32,000 nt of DNA from Acaryochloris marina MBIC11017 (GTDB lineage Bacteria > Cyanobacteriota > Cyanobacteriia > Thermosynechococcales > Thermosynechococcaceae): contig NC_009925.1 of assembly GCF_000018105.1 (NCBI RefSeq), positions 3,690,001 through 3,722,000 of the forward strand, read 5' to 3'. How positions within the stretch are numbered: position 1 is the stretch's first letter; every line of letters begins with the position of its first letter. The notes beneath the pieces were generated by a model that saw only the letters and a list, made by a program, of their open reading frames with translations, had not been told where the DNA came from and searched no databases. Both the position numbers and the translations under genes were made by a program. Of this stretch, positions 31,185-32,000 are shown piece after piece.

Positions 31185-32000
31185 TGACGCCCATTCATGT
31201 TATTGGGATCGGGCTGACCGGTGGATCAGGGTTGCAGTCCCACCTCCATATGCTGATTGATCAAGCCACTGTCTTAGTCGGCAGCGAACGACATCTCCAA
31301 TACTTTCCATCGCATCCAGGAAAACGCATTACCCTGACGAATTTTGCTCAAGGTTTAGAGGCGATTCAACAGCATTTAGATCAGTCTCCCAACCCACTCG
31401 TGGTCGTGATAACGTCTGGAGATCCGCTATTTTTCGGGTTTGGCCGTCTATTGTTGCAAACTTTTGCGGCTGATCTATTGTGCTTTCATCCCTATCTCAG
31501 TTCTGTCCAAATTGCTTTTAACCGCCTCAAGGTGCCTTGGCAAGATGCTGAGGTGATTAGTGTTCATGGTCGTTCCCTATCTTCCTTGGTTACAGCATGG
31601 CAAAAGGGAGTGAGAAAAATTGCAGTGTTGACGGATCATAAGAATACGCCTGCTGCGATCGCAAAATTATTCCTCAGTTTAAATCTACCCATCCACTATG
31701 AATTTTGGGTGTGTGAAAATCTAGAAGGCTCAGATGAGCGTGTTCAAAAATTTGAACCCAAGACGCTACTCAACCAACAATTCTCAGCTCTAAATGTTGT
31801 CGTTTTACTACGTTATGACCTAGAAAAGCGAGAAAAATCTGATCTTGCCTCTTTACCAGTTCTTGGACTTCCTGATCAGGCTTTTTATAGCTTTGCCGAT
31901 CGTCCTGGGTTAATGACCAAGCGAGAAATTCGTATTCTGGCATTGGCTGAATTACAGCTGCAAGACCATCAAATAATTTGGGATATTGGATCGGGTACTG
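31184..32000 (+). CDS. cobL: precorrin-6Y C5,15-methyltransferase (decarboxylating), CbiE domain plus start of CbiT domain; 3' end beyond the window
   Basis: Absent from the ORF track because there is no stop in the window. The frame from ATG 31184 reads MTPIHVIGIGLTGGSG...VVITSGDPLFFGFG...ADRPGLMTKREIRILALAELQL...IWDIGSGT. The start overlaps the cobH stop (TGATG). Confidence 0.8.
   Translation, partial: MTPIHVIGIGLTGGSGLQSHLHMLIDQATVLVGSERHLQYFPSHPGKRITLTNFAQGLEAIQQHLDQSPNPLVVVITSGDPLFFGFGRLLLQTFAADLLCFHPYLSSVQIAFNRLKVPWQDAEVISVHGRSLSSLVTAWQKGVRKIAVLTDHKNTPAAIAKLFLSLNLPIHYEFWVCENLEGSDERVQKFEPKTLLNQQFSALNVVVLLRYDLEKREKSDLASLPVLGLPDQAFYSFADRPGLMTKREIRILALAELQLQDHQIIWDIGSGT

Noticed and set aside
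1-32000. Search for CRISPR arrays, tRNA/rRNA genes, IS elements, integrases, phage genes and known defence or toxin-antitoxin modules
   Set aside because: I found no tandem repeat-spacer structure, no tRNA-like T-arm/acceptor signatures, no transposase/integrase-like ORFs and no terminal inverted repeats. HIP1 copies are spread evenly. The window looks like core chromosome.

Overview
This is a cyanobacterial chromosomal segment. The evidence is at least 10 exact HIP1 palindromes (GCGATCGC) plus COP23, CrtR, Pcb/IsiA-type antenna and DUF4335/DUF3038 genes. About 32 tightly packed CDS lie on both strands, and most are housekeeping: rplU-rpmA, yqeK-rsfS, crtR, cimA, ilvE, lspA, bioY, dusA, holA, cobH-cobL. 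I see no CRISPR array, tRNA/rRNA, transposase, integrase, toxin-antitoxin or recognisable defence gene. This is therefore not a classic accessory island, and I cannot name one clear novel system. Six stretches deserve a second look. (1) A glucosylglycerate island (gpgS divergent from a sucrose-phosphorylase-family gene translationally coupled to gpgP), with an exact NtcA-type promoter reading into gpgS. (2) Two tandem, very divergent six-helix CP43/IsiA/Pcb antenna genes. The second has an Arg-rich N-terminal extension and a degenerate helix VI. A ~68-nt extended hairpin separates the two genes. (3) A ComB-family phosphatase fused to a ~245-residue Lys/Ala/Pro/Glu-rich repeat tail. (4) A tight co-directional string: betaine-type binding lipoprotein, DUF3038, DUF4335 (TonB-like topology), dusA. 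(5) A 4-Cys-prefix Ser/Thr kinase followed by an unusual multi-TM site-2-protease/TPR protein. (6) Several convergent gene pairs with 1-21 nt between stop codons. All product calls rest on motif recognition by eye and need HMM/BLAST confirmation.
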